Positions 18,018 through 28,249 are shown, counted from the first letter of the stretch. The stretch is 40,977 bases of DNA from a virus (IMGVR_UViG_2563366910_000001); one strand, 5' to 3'. Made by a program: numbers and translations. The notes: generated by a model not told the origin, from the sequence alone.

Positions 18018-18344
18018 ATGAAAAGACGCCTTTTACTACTTTTTCTGTTATCTGTCCTGGCAGTGGGATGCTCGCAGCAAAAAGCTGATGAGCCCCGGCA
18101 ATTAGTGACGGTGTATCCACGATATCCGGAATATGCTGCAGCAAATTATATCAAGGGGCTGGTTGAGGTTAAGTTCGATATTGGTGCTGATGGGACTGTG
18201 ACACGGATCGTTTTTCTCCGCTCAGAGCCTCATAATTTGTTTCGTGATGAAGTGGTGAAGGCCATGGCGAAATGGCGATTTGAAAAGAATCGCCCCTGTC
18301 AGGGAGTGAAGAGACAATTTATCTTTACGCCGTCACGTCCTTGA
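18018..18344 (+). CDS. Lipoprotein with TonB C-terminal-like domain
   Basis: Signal peptide plus lipobox (LLSVLAVGCSQQ), then YPRYPEYAAANYIKGLVEVKFDIGADGTVTRIVFLRSEP...KWRFE, which resembles the TonB C-terminal fold signature (YP..A...EG.V.V.F.I...G.V). Confidence 0.5.
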   Translation: MKRRLLLLFLLSVLAVGCSQQKADEPRQLVTVYPRYPEYAAANYIKGLVEVKFDIGADGTVTRIVFLRSEPHNLFRDEVVKAMAKWRFEKNRPCQGVKRQFIFTPSRP

Positions 18345-18466
18345 TGCTTCCAGGTAGAGAGGGGCTGGAAGCAGGAGAAAAATGAAAGAGCCAGCGGTTA
18401 TATTTTTGTCATGGCTGACGAGGAATGATGGAAGAAGGCGTTGTATGCCACACAACGCCTCACTGT

Positions 18467-18820
18467 TCATTTCTTCTTTTTCTCTGGTGGAACCCGATGA
18501 ATAAGAGTTGCACTGGTTTCCGATGAGATGGCGATATACTCGGGCAAAGTATGCTGGCAGTTTTCCAACTGGTCAAAAATACCTGCTCTCGTCTGTTGCA
18601 ATGCCTGCAGCATGCGGCGGCAATGCGCCTTGCTTTTACTAACCATCTTTCCTTCCTCTATCAGTCGCTGCGTGAACTCATCATGGAATACCAGGTAAAT
18701 GCGGATGTTATCGGTTTTGGCTACGCAGCATAGTACAAAACGGACAGGTGCATCCCGGGACGGGGGAGGCGTCACATGTCCCTGTGATGGTTGTTCCGGG
18801 TAATGTACTGTGTGGGGCAT
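18467..18820 (-). CDS. Hypothetical protein (possible 3' part of a frameshifted gene)
   Basis: 117-aa ORF overlapping the 3' end of ORF 18708..18959 in another frame; may be a frameshift-disrupted gene or two overlapping genes. Confidence 0.3.
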   Translation of the reverse strand: MPHTVHYPEQPSQGHVTPPPSRDAPVRFVLCCVAKTDNIRIYLVFHDEFTQRLIEEGKMVSKSKAHCRRMLQALQQTRAGIFDQLENCQHTLPEYIAISSETSATLIHRVPPEKKKK

Positions 18821-18959
18821 AAAAATGTCCGATAATTTTACTTTCTACCGCAGTTAGTTGATTCGTTGGTCCTGGTAGCACATTGGGCGAGGATTTAAAT
18901 GCCAGGCAACTGAAGGATGATGTCGCAAGGGAGATAGCGAGAATATTTCTGATTTTCAT
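18708..18959 (-). CDS. Putative secreted protein (signal peptide), possibly 5' part of a frameshifted gene
   Basis: In-frame start MKIRNILAISLATSSFSCLA gives a typical signal peptide; ORF overlaps 18467..18820. Confidence 0.35.
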   Translation of the reverse strand: MKIRNILAISLATSSFSCLAFKSSPNVLPGPTNQLTAVESKIIGHFYAPHSTLPGTTITGTCDASPVPGCTCPFCTMLRSQNR

Positions 18960-19107
18960 TTGATGATGCCTCTGTGTGAAATGACGGTAAACGACGCACT
19001 TGTGCCGGCACATAATAGCAAGCACCATAATAGATCAGATTCGATTCTTGCTGTAAGTGATAATTATTCTCGTTTTCGGGTCCTTTCCGTCGATCCAACA
19101 GGTTACG

Positions 19108-19119
19108 GGGCGGCGACCT
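19108..19119 (+). other. cosN cohesive-end site (GGGCGGCGACCT), inside the cos region
   Basis: The exact 12-nt lambda cohesive-end sequence is present, flanked by lambda-like cosQ/cosB context (CAGGTTACG upstream; CGCGG-TTTT-C-CTATTTATGAAAATTTT downstream) about 190 nt upstream of Nu1. Confidence 0.8.
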
Positions 19120-19295
19120 CGCGGTTTTTCACTATTTATGAAAATTTTTCAGGGAAAATCGTGTCGGTACTTCTCGAATATAACTTTTTGTTTTTTTTAA
19201 TATTGCATCCGTAAAGGTCCGACATGAAAGTGTCCGAAAATGCCTTTTTCTGGCGTTTTCATGTCGGGCCTTGTATTTGATAATGGGTTGTTTTC

Positions 19296-19844
19296 ATGAA
19301 GGTTAATAAAAAGAGGCTTGCCGAAATTTTCAACGTGGACCCGCGGACGATTGAACGCTGGCAGTCTCAGGGACTCCCTTGCGCCTCCAAAGGTAGTAAG
19401 GGCATTGAATCTGTATTTGATACTGCCATGGCAATTCAGTGGTATGCGCAGAGGGAAACTGATATCGAAAACGAAAAGCTCCGCAAAGAACTGGACGATT
19501 TGCGTGCGGCAGCGGAGTCAGATTTACAACCCGGCACCATTGACTATGAACGCTACCGGCTCACAAAAGCGCAGGCAGATGCGCAGGAACTGAAAAATGC
19601 CCGTGAAGACGGAGTAGTGCTGGAAACTGAACTGTTTACCTTCATTCTGCAACGTGTGGCACAGGAGATTTCGGGGATACTTGTGCGTGTGCCGTTGACA
19701 TTACAGCGTAAATATCCGGACATTTCACCATCACACCTTGATGTGGTGAAAACTGAAATCGCGAAAGCCTCCAATGTTGCAGCTAAGGCCGGTGAAAACG
19801 TGGGCGGGTGGATCGATGATTTCAGACGCGCAGAAGGCAGCTAA
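19296..19844 (+). CDS. nu1: Terminase small subunit Nu1
   Basis: 182-aa protein ([28 protein letters not shown]...) closely similar to recalled lambda Nu1. Confidence 0.92.
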
Positions 19845-21744
19845 TGCAGCCGGTGCGATAGCTACAGGGCTTTTATCTCTCATTATTCCTGTTCCACTGA
19901 CGACAGTTCAGTGGGCCAATAAACATTATTACCTTCCTAAAGAGTCGTCTTATACCCCGGGGCGATGGGAAACACTGCCGTTTCAGGTTGGCATCATGAA
20001 CTGTATGGGCAACGATCTGATTCGCACGGTTAACCTGATTAAATCTGCCCGTGTTGGTTATACAAAGATGTTGCTGGGAGTGGAGGCTTATTTTATTGAG
20101 CATAAATCACGCAACAGCCTTCTTTTTCAGCCCACGGACTCAGCTGCTGAAGATTTTATGAAATCTCATGTTGAGCCAACGATAAGGGATGTTCCTGCAT
20201 TGCTGGAGCTGGCTCCATGGTTCGGAAGAAAACACCGCGATAATACGCTCACCCTGAAGCGTTTTTCCTCCGGTGTGGGGTTCTGGTGTCTGGGTGGTGC
20301 GGCAGCAAAAAACTACCGTGAAAAATCCGTGGATGTGGTCTGTTATGACGAGCTTTCCTCGTTCGAACCGGATGTTGAAAAAGAGGGTTCGCCAACCCTG
20401 CTGGGGGATAAACGTATTGAGGGCTCTGTATGGCCAAAATCCATTCGCGGCTCGACGCCTAAAATCAAAGGCTCCTGCCAGATCGAAAAAGCCGCTAACG
20501 AGTCGGCACACTTCATGCGTTTTTATGTGCCCTGTCCGCACTGTGGGGAGGAGCAGTATCTGAAATTTGGCGATGATGCCTCGCCTTTCGGTCTTAAGTG
20601 GGAGAAGAATAAGCCAGAAAGTGTTTTCTACCTTTGTGAGCATCATGGCTGTGTGATCCATCAGTCTGAGCTTGACCAGAGTAACGGGCGGTGGATCTGT
20701 GAAAACACGGGCATGTGGACCCGTGACGGCCTGATGTTTTTCAGCGCCCGGGGTGATGAAATTCCGCCGCCGCGCTCCATCACTTTCCATATCTGGACGG
20801 CGTACAGTCCGTTCACCACCTGGGTACAGATTGTCTATGACTGGCTGGATGCACTGAAAGATCCCAACGGCCTGAAAACCTTTGTGAACACCACGCTGGG
20901 CGAGACCTGGGAAGAGGCTGTGGGCGAAAAACTCGATCACCAGGTGCTGATGGATAAGGTTGTGCGTTACACGGCGGCGGTGCCTGCCCGGGTGGTTTAT
21001 CTGACGGCGGGCATTGACTCGCAGCGAAACCGTTTTGAGATGTATGTCTGGGGATGGGCTCCGGGAGAGGAAGCCTTTCTGGTGGATAAAATCATCATTA
21101 TGGGGCGTCCCGATGAGGAAGAGACGCTGTTACGTGTGGATGCGGCGATCAACAAAAAATACCGCCATGCAGACGGAACCGAAATGACCATTTCCCGTGT
21201 CTGCTGGGACATCGGGGGGATCGATGGCGAAATCGTTTATCAGAGGTCAAAAAAACACGGTGTTTTCCGGGTGCTGCCGGTAAAAGGCGCGTCTGTCTAT
21301 GGCAAGCCGGTGATCACCATGCCGAAAACCCGCAATCAGCGGGGCGTTTATCTGTGTGAAGTGGGGACGGACACCGCAAAAGAAATTCTCTATGCCCGTA
21401 TGAAAGCCGAGCCCACGCCTGCGGATGAAGCCACGTCGTATGCCATCCGTTTTCCTGATGATCCGGAGATTTTTTCGCAGACAGAGGCGCAGCAACTGGT
21501 CGCGGAAGAGCTTGTGGAGAAGTGGGAAAAAGGAAAGATGCGTCTGCTGTGGGATAACAAAAAGCGGCGTAACGAAGCGCTGGACTGCCTGGTGTATGCC
21601 TACGCGGCATTACGTGTGTCCGTGCAACGCTGGCAGCTTGATCTGGCTGTACTGGCAAAATCCCGGGAAGAAGAGACGACCCGGCCAACCCTTAAAGAAC
21701 TGGCAGCGAAGCTGTCCGGAGGAGTGAATGGTTACAGTCGCTGA
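19816..21744 (+). CDS. A: Terminase large subunit A
   Basis: Long ORF closely similar to recalled lambda gpA ([20 protein letters not shown], Walker and nuclease regions). Start at ATG 19816 gives a 29-nt overlap with Nu1, as in lambda. Confidence 0.92.
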
Positions 21745-21934
21745 ACTGCAGGCGCTGCGTCAGGCGCGCCTTGATTTATTAACCGGTAAACGGGTGGTGT
21801 CTGTCCAGAAAGATGGTCGCAGAATTGAATATACGGCGGCTTCTCTGGATGAGCTTAACCGGGCGATCAATGATGCGGAGTCGGTACTGGGGACAACCCG
21901 GTGTCGCCGTCGTCCGCTGGGAGTGAGGTTATGA
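21728..21934 (+). CDS. W: Head-tail joining protein W
   Basis: 68-aa protein with LLTGKRVVSVQKDGRRIEYTAAS, similar to recalled lambda W. Confidence 0.85.
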   Translation: MVTVAELQALRQARLDLLTGKRVVSVQKDGRRIEYTAASLDELNRAINDAESVLGTTRCRRRPLGVRL

Positions 21935-23523
21935 AACGAACGCCTGTCCTGATTGATGTGAACGGCGTTCCGCTTCGTGAGAGTCTCAGCTACAACGGGG
22001 GCGGTGCAGGATTTGGCGGGCAAATGGCTGAGTGGTTGCCACCGGCGCAGAGTGCCGATGCGGCCCTGCTGCCCGCGTTGCGTCTGGGGAATGCCCGGGC
22101 AGATGATCTGGTGCGCAATAACGGAATAGCGGCTAATGCGGTGGCTCTGCATAAGGATCACATTGTCGGGCATATGTTTCTGATCAGCTACCGTCCGAAC
22201 TGGCGCTGGCTGGGGATGCGGGAGACCGCAGCAAAAAGCTTTGTCGATGAGGTGGAGGCGGCCTGGTCGGAATACGCCGAAGGGATGTTTGGCGAGATCG
22301 ACGTGGAAGGAAAACGCACGTTCACGGAATTTATCCGTGAAGGTGTGGGCGTTCATGCGTTTAACGGCGAAATCTTTGTGCAGCCGGTCTGGGATACGGA
22401 AACCACGCAGTTATTCCGTACGCGTTTTAAAGCCGTGAGTCCGAAACGGGTGGACACGCCAGGACACGGTATGGGGAACCGTTTTCTGCGGGCCGGTGTG
22501 GAGGTCGATCGATATGGTCGTGCCGTTGCGTACCATATCTGTGAGGATGATTTTCCGTTCTCTGGTAGTGGACGATGGGAACGGATCCCGCGTGAACTTC
22601 CCACCGGGCGTCCGGCCATGCTGCATATTTTCGAGCCGGTGGAGGACGGGCAGACCCGTGGGGCTAATCAGTTTTACAGCGTCATGGAACGGCTGAAGAT
22701 GCTCGATTCCCTGCAGGCAACACAGCTTCAGTCGGCCATAGTGAAGGCGATGTATGCAGCGACGATTGAAAGTGAACTTGATACCGAAAAGGCCTTTGAA
22801 TATATCGCCGGCGCGCCACAGGAGCAGAAGGATAATCCGCTTATTAATATTCTGGAGAAGTTCTCCAGCTGGTATGACACGAATAACGTGACACTGGGCG
22901 GTGTCAAAATTCCGCACCTTTTCCCTGGTGATGATCTGAAACTACAGACAGCGCAGGATTCAGACAATGGATTTTCTGCGCTTGAACAGGCGCTGCTGCG
23001 GTATATCGCCGCCGGTCTTGGCGTTTCCTACGAACAGTTGTCCCGTGATTACTCGAAGGTCAGTTACTCAAGTGCCCGCGCCTCCGCCAATGAGTCGTGG
23101 CGCTATTTTATGGGGCGGCGAAAATTTATTGCGTCCCGGCTGGCCACGCAGATGTTTTCCTGCTGGCTGGAAGAGGCACTTCTTCGGGGGATTATTCGTC
23201 CGCCACGGGCACGTTTTGATTTTTATCAGGCGCGATCAGCCTGGTCACGGGCTGAGTGGATTGGAGCCGGAAGAATGGCCATTGACGGGCTCAAGGAGGT
23301 TCAGGAATCAGTGATGCGCATTGAGGCCGGACTGAGCACGTATGAGAAAGAGCTGGCGCTGATGGGCGAGGATTATCAGGACATTTTCCGCCAGCAGGTC
23401 AGGGAATCTGCAGAGCGGGAAAAAGCCGGACTCTCACGTCCGGTGTGGATAGCGCAGGCGTATCAGCAGCAGATAGCGGAGAGTCGCAGGCCGGAAGAGG
23501 AGACAACACCACGTGAGACGTAA
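21931..23523 (+). CDS. B: Portal protein B
   Basis: Closely similar to recalled lambda gpB over its full length. ATG at 21931 overlaps the W stop. Confidence 0.92.
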   Translation: MKRTPVLIDVNGVPLRESLSYNGGGAGFGGQMAEWLPPAQSADAALLPALRLGNARADDLVRNNGIAANAVALHKDHIVGHMFLISYRPNWRWLGMRETAAKSFVDEVEAAWSEYAEGMFGEIDVEGKRTFTEFIREGVGVHAFNGEIFVQPVWDTETTQLFRTRFKAVSPKRVDTPGHGMGNRFLRAGVEVDRYGRAVAYHICEDDFPFSGSGRWERIPRELPTGRPAMLHIFEPVEDGQTRGANQFYSVMERLKMLDSLQATQLQSAIVKAMYAATIESELDTEKAFEYIAGAPQEQKDNPLINILEKFSSWYDTNNVTLGGVKIPHLFPGDDLKLQTAQDSDNGFSALEQALLRYIAAGLGVSYEQLSRDYSKVSYSSARASANESWRYFMGRRKFIASRLATQMFSCWLEEALLRGIIRPPRARFDFYQARSAWSRAEWIGAGRMAIDGLKEVQESVMRIEAGLSTYEKELALMGEDYQDIFRQQVRESAEREKAGLSRPVWIAQAYQQQIAESRRPEEETTPRET

Positions 23524-25018
23524 TCTTTCACACATTATTGCCGCAGCATTCAATGAACCGCTGCTTCTGGAGCCCGCCTATGCGCGGGTTTTCTTTTGCG
23601 CGCTCGGGCGCGAGATGGGGGCAGCAAGTCTTTCGGTACCACAACAGCAGGTACAGCTTGATGCACCCGGAATGCTGGCTGAAACGGACGAGTACATGGC
23701 CGGAGGTAAACGACCGGCCCGTGTTTACCGGGTGGTGAACGGTATTGCGGTACTGCCGGTGACCGGCACGCTGGTGCACCGGCTGGGGGGGATGCGGCCA
23801 TTTTCCGGAATGACTGGCTATGACGGCATTGTCGCCTGTCTTCAGCAGGCAATGGCAGATAGCCAGGTGCGGGGCATACTGCTGGACATTGACAGTCCGG
23901 GCGGGCAGGCCGCCGGCGCGTTTGACTGCGCTGACATGATTTACCGCCTCCGGCAGCAGAAGCCGGTCTGGGCACTGTGTAATGACACGGCCTGTTCTGC
24001 AGCCATGCTGCTGGCGTCGGCCTGCTCCCGACGGCTGGTTACCCAGACATCCCGTATCGGCTCCATTGGCGTGATGATGAGCCATGTCAGCTATGCCGGT
24101 CATCTGGCGCAGGCCGGTGTGGATATCACGCTGATTTATGCCGGGGCGCACAAGGTGGATGGCAATCAGTTTGAAGCGTTGCCGGCAGAGGTTCGCCAGG
24201 ACATGCAGCAGCGGATTGATGCGGCGCGCCGGATGTTTGCCGAAAAAGTGGCGATGTATACCGGTCTGTCTGTTGATGCCGTCACGGGAACAGAGGCTGC
24301 CGTTTTTGAAGGTCAGTCCGGCATTGAGGCCGGGCTGGCGGATGAATTAATCAATGCGTCGGATGCCATCAGTGTGATGGCCACGGCGCTGAACAGTAAT
24401 GTCAGAGGAGGCACTATGCCGCAATTAACTGCAACGGAAGCCGCCGTGCAGGAGAACCAGCGAGTGATGGGGATCCTGACATGCCAGGAAGCGAAAGGAC
24501 GTGAACAGCTTGCCACGATGCTGGCAGGGCAACAGGGCATGAGCGTTGAACAGGCCCGGGCGATTCTGGCCGCGGCGGCACCGCAGCAGCCGGTGGCATC
24601 CGCACAGAGTGAAGCCGATCGCATTATGGCGTGTGAAGAAGCGAACGGTCGTGAACAACTGGCAGCAACGCTGGCGGCGATGCCGGAGATGACGGTGGAA
24701 AAAGCCCGCCCGATCCTGGCTGCTTCACCGCAGGCGAATGCCGGGCCCTCACTTCGTGATCAGATCATGGCACTGGATGAGGCAAAAGGGGCTGAGGCGC
24801 AGGCTGAACAGCTGGCTGCCTGCCCGGGAATGACAGTGGAGAGCGCCCGGGCTGTGCTGGCTGCGGGATCAGGTAAGGCAGAACCGGTCTCTGCATCCAC
24901 AACCGCCATGTTTGAACATTTCATGGCGAACCATTCACCGGCAGCGGTACAGGGTGGCGTGGCACAGACGTCAGCAGACGGTGATGCGGACGTGAAAATG
25001 CTCATGGCCATGCCATGA
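23513..25018 (+). CDS. C: Head protease/scaffold C (S49 family; Nu3-like C-terminal region)
   Basis: N-terminal S49/ClpP-like protease region similar to recalled lambda C. C-terminal region carries three tandem ~40-aa repeats. Confidence 0.9.
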   Translation: MRRNLSHIIAAAFNEPLLLEPAYARVFFCALGREMGAASLSVPQQQVQLDAPGMLAETDEYMAGGKRPARVYRVVNGIAVLPVTGTLVHRLGGMRPFSGMTGYDGIVACLQQAMADSQVRGILLDIDSPGGQAAGAFDCADMIYRLRQQKPVWALCNDTACSAAMLLASACSRRLVTQTSRIGSIGVMMSHVSYAGHLAQAGVDITLIYAGAHKVDGNQFEALPAEVRQDMQQRIDAARRMFAEKVAMYTGLSVDAVTGTEAAVFEGQSGIEAGLADELINASDAISVMATALNSNVRGGTMPQLTATEAAVQENQRVMGILTCQEAKGREQLATMLAGQQGMSVEQARAILAAAAPQQPVASAQSEADRIMACEEANGREQLAATLAAMPEMTVEKARPILAASPQANAGPSLRDQIMALDEAKGAEAQAEQLAACPGMTVESARAVLAAGSGKAEPVSASTTAMFEHFMANHSPAAVQGGVAQTSADGDADVKMLMAMP

Positions 25019-25054
25019 AGTCAGTGCTGACCATCAATAGGAGGTTTTTACAAT

Positions 25055-25402
25055 ATGGTGACGAAAACCATCACTGAACAGCGTGCGGAAGTACGTATTT
25101 TTGCCGGTAATGATCCGGCTCATACCGCCACAGGCAGCAGCGGGATTTCCTCGCCAACACCGGCACTGACGCCCCTGATGCTGGATGAAGCCACCGGGAA
25201 ACTGGTGGTCTGGGACGGACAGAAAGCCGGTAGTGCGGTTGGCATACTGGTACTGCCGCTTGAAGGCACAGAGACGGCGCTGACGTATTACAAGTCGGGA
25301 ACCTTTGCGACGGAGGCAATCCACTGGCCTGAAAGTGTGGATGAACACAAAAAGGCCAACGCCTTTGCTGGCAGTGCCCTGAGTCACGCGGCGCTGCCGT
25401 AA
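25055..25402 (+). CDS. D: Head decoration protein D
   Basis: 115-aa protein with DPAHTAT and YKSGTF motifs matching recalled lambda gpD. Confidence 0.9.
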   Translation: MVTKTITEQRAEVRIFAGNDPAHTATGSSGISSPTPALTPLMLDEATGKLVVWDGQKAGSAVGILVLPLEGTETALTYYKSGTFATEAIHWPESVDEHKKANAFAGSALSHAALP

Positions 25403-25459
25403 CACGTTATCAGGCCACCGCGGTGGCCTGACTGATTTCTGAATGAAAGGAACTGATTT

Positions 25460-26488
25460 ATGGGATTGTTTACGACCCGCCAGTTACTCGGTTATACCGA
25501 ACAAAAAGTTAAATTTCGTGCGCTGTTTCTGGAGCTGTTTTTCCGCCGTACGGTGAATTTCCATACCGAAGAGGTGATGCTGGACAAAATTACCGGAAAA
25601 ACGCCGGTGGCGGCCTATGTCTCCCCGGTTGTTGAAGGAAAAGTGCTGCGTCATCGTGGTGGTGAAACCCGCGTGTTGCGTCCGGGCTACGTCAAGCCGA
25701 AACACGAATTTAATTACCAGCAGGCGGTTGAGCGCCTTCCTGGTGAAGATCCATCTCAACTGAATGATCCGGCTTACCGCCGTCTGCGTATCATTACCGA
25801 TAACCTCAAACAGGAAGAGCACGCGATTGTCCAGGTGGAAGAAATGCAGGCGGTAAATGCTGTGTTGTATGGCAAATACACCATGGAAGGAGACCAGTTC
25901 GAGAAAATTGAGGTCGATTTTGGCAGGTCGACGAAGAATAACATCACTCAGGGTAGTGGTAAGGAGTGGTCAAAACAGGATCGTGACACGTTCGATCCTA
26001 CACATGATATTGACCTCTACTGCGACCTGGCCAGCGGTCTTGTGAATATTGCCATTATGGACGGTACCGTCTGGCGTCTTCTGAATGGTTTTAAGCTGTT
26101 CCGCGAAAAACTGGATACCCGTCGCGGTTCAAATTCTCAACTCGAAACGGCAGTGAAAGATCTGGGCGCAGTGGTGTCCTTCAAGGGGTATTACGGCGAT
26201 CTGGCCATTGTGGTGGCGAAAACGTCTTATATAGCAGAAGACGGTATCGAAAAACGTTATCTTCCAGATGGCATGCTGGTTCTGGGGAATACTGCTGCAG
26301 ATGGGATCCGTTGTTACGGTGCCATTCAGGATGCTCAGGCGTTGTCCGAAGGTGTGGTGGCCTCTTCCCGTTATCCGAAACACTGGCTGACGGTAGGGGA
26401 TCCCGCCCGTGAATTTACCATGACGCAGTCCGCGCCGCTGATGGTGTTGCCGGACCCGGATGAGTTTGTGGTGGTACAGGTGAAATAA
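25460..26488 (+). CDS. E: Major capsid protein E
   Basis: 342-aa protein closely similar to recalled lambda gpE (PGYVKPKHE, KEKLDTRRGSNS, TGDPAREFTM). Confidence 0.95.
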   Translation: MGLFTTRQLLGYTEQKVKFRALFLELFFRRTVNFHTEEVMLDKITGKTPVAAYVSPVVEGKVLRHRGGETRVLRPGYVKPKHEFNYQQAVERLPGEDPSQLNDPAYRRLRIITDNLKQEEHAIVQVEEMQAVNAVLYGKYTMEGDQFEKIEVDFGRSTKNNITQGSGKEWSKQDRDTFDPTHDIDLYCDLASGLVNIAIMDGTVWRLLNGFKLFREKLDTRRGSNSQLETAVKDLGAVVSFKGYYGDLAIVVAKTSYIAEDGIEKRYLPDGMLVLGNTAADGIRCYGAIQDAQALSEGVVASSRYPKHWLTVGDPAREFTMTQSAPLMVLPDPDEFVVVQVK

Positions 26489-26497
26489 TCCGTGAGC

Positions 26498-26525
26498 GGG
26501 GGCGAAATGCCCCCGTGTCTTTTTT
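26498..26525 (+). terminator. Candidate partial terminator/attenuator after the major capsid gene
   Basis: GGGGGC-gaaat-GCCCCC hairpin followed by a T-run, 10 nt after the E stop. Confidence 0.45.
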
Positions 26526-26539
26526 CACAGGGGGCTGAT

Positions 26540-26914
26540 ATGGCAACGAAAGAGCAAAATCTGAAACGGCTTGATGAACTGGCCCTGATTCTGGGGCGTG
26601 AGCCGGATATATCCGGGAGTGCCGCAGAGATAGCGCAGCGGGTGGCAGAATGGGAAGAGGAAATGCAGTCATCCGGCGATGATGTACAGGTTATGAATAT
26701 GGATATCCGGGAGCGGGAAACCGCGGCTCATGATGTTCGTGAGGAAACATCCGGCGCGTTAACGCGCATCAGAGTTCTGACCTGCCTCCATCTCTGTGGC
26801 GTTGATGGTGAAACGGGGGAATCCGTTGAGCTTGCGGATGTTGGTCGGGTGATTCTGATTATGTCCTCAGATGCAAAAACACACGTTGATGGTGGAATGG
26901 CTGTTTATGCGTGA
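26540..26914 (+). CDS. FI: DNA packaging protein FI
   Basis: Position and size match lambda FI. ATG at 26540 with AGGGGG upstream. Sequence is more divergent than neighbouring genes. Confidence 0.7.
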   Translation: MATKEQNLKRLDELALILGREPDISGSAAEIAQRVAEWEEEMQSSGDDVQVMNMDIRERETAAHDVREETSGALTRIRVLTCLHLCGVDGETGESVELADVGRVILIMSSDAKTHVDGGMAVYA

Positions 26915-27260
26915 TTTTCAGAATGCCTTTGATGCCGCCCTTGCCGGGGTGGACAGTACGATTGTTGAAGTGATGGGCATCAGTGCGCAGTTCACCTCCG
27001 GTGCACAGCGTGGCGGCGAGGTTCATGGCGTTTTTGACGATCCGGAGTCGCTGGGTTTTGCCAGTAGTGGGATCCGTATTGAAGGAAGTAACCCGTCATT
27101 ATTTGTGCTTACGGATACGGTTTGTGCTGTACGGCGTGGTGACACGCTGACCATTAACGGCGAGATGTTCTGGGTGGACCGTGTTTCTCCGGATGACGGA
27201 GGGAGTTGTTATCTCTGGCTCAACCGGGGGCAACCACCTGCCGCCAGCCGTCGCCGCTGA
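26907..27260 (+). CDS. FII: Head completion protein FII
   Basis: Matches recalled lambda FII (FWVDRVSPDDGGSC.LWL.RG.PPA..RRR C-terminus). Confidence 0.85.
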   Translation: MRDFQNAFDAALAGVDSTIVEVMGISAQFTSGAQRGGEVHGVFDDPESLGFASSGIRIEGSNPSLFVLTDTVCAVRRGDTLTINGEMFWVDRVSPDDGGSCYLWLNRGQPPAASRRR

Positions 27261-27271
27261 AAGGGGGATGT

Positions 27272-27850
27272 ATGGCCATAAAAGGTCTTGAGCAGGCCGT
27301 TGAAAACCTCAGCCGTATCAGCAAAACGGCAGTGCCTGGTGCCGCCGCAATGGCCATTAACCGCGTTGCTTCATCCGCGATATCGCAGTCGGCGTCACTG
27401 GTTGCCCGTGAGACAAAGGTACGCCGGAAACTGGTAAAGGAAAGGGCCAGGCTGAAAAGGGCCACGGTCAAAAATCCGCAGGCCAGAATCAAAGTTAACC
27501 GGGGGGATTTGCCCGTAATCAGGCTGGGTAATGCGCGGGTTGTCCTTTCGCGCCGCAGGCGTCGTAAAAAGGGGCAGCGTTCATCCCTGAAAGGTGGCGG
27601 CAGCGTGCTTGTGGTGGGTAACCGTCGTATTCCCGGCGCGTTTATTCAGCAACTGAAAAATGGCCGCTGGCATGTCATGCAGCGTGTGGCCGGGAAAAAC
27701 CGTTACCCCATTGATGTGGTGAAAATTCCGATGGCGGTGCCGCTGACCACGGCGTTTAAACAGAATATTGAGCGGATACGGCGTGAGCGTCTTCCGAAAG
27801 AGCTGGGCTATGCGCTGCAGCATCAACTGAGGATGGTAATAAAGCGATGA
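27272..27850 (+). CDS. Z: Tail completion protein Z
   Basis: 192-aa protein starting MAIKGLEQAVENLSRISKTAVPGAAAMAINRVASSAISQ, near-identical to recalled lambda Z. Confidence 0.9.
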   Translation: MAIKGLEQAVENLSRISKTAVPGAAAMAINRVASSAISQSASLVARETKVRRKLVKERARLKRATVKNPQARIKVNRGDLPVIRLGNARVVLSRRRRRKKGQRSSLKGGGSVLVVGNRRIPGAFIQQLKNGRWHVMQRVAGKNRYPIDVVKIPMAVPLTTAFKQNIERIRRERLPKELGYALQHQLRMVIKR

Positions 27851-28242
27851 AACATACTGAATTCCGTGCAGCCGTACTGGATGCACTGGAAAAACATGAC
27901 ACCGGGGCGACGCTTTTTGATGGTCGCCCCGCTGTTTTTGATGAGGCGGATTTTCCGGCAATTGCCGTTTATCTCACCGGCGCTGAATACACGGGCGAAG
28001 AGCTGGACAGCGATACCTGGCAGGCGGAGCTGCATATTGAAGTTTTCCTGCCTGCTCAGGTGCCGGATTCAGAGCTGGATTCGTGGATGGAAAGCCGGAT
28101 TTATCCGGCGATGAGCGATATCCCGGCACTGTCAGATTTGATCACCAGTATGGTGGCCAGTGGCTATGACTACCGGCGCGACGATGATGCGGGCCTGTGG
28201 AGTTCAGCCGATCTGACTTATGTCATTACCTATGAAATGTGA
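27847..28242 (+). CDS. U: Tail terminator protein U
   Basis: 131-aa protein matching recalled lambda U; ATGA overlap with Z. Confidence 0.9.
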   Translation: MKHTEFRAAVLDALEKHDTGATLFDGRPAVFDEADFPAIAVYLTGAEYTGEELDSDTWQAELHIEVFLPAQVPDSELDSWMESRIYPAMSDIPALSDLITSMVASGYDYRRDDDAGLWSSADLTYVITYEM

Positions 28243-28249
28243 GGACGAT

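Noticed and set aside
20140-20940. 266-aa minus-strand ORF inside terminase A
   Set aside because: Antisense to a well-supported terminase gene; composition artefact.
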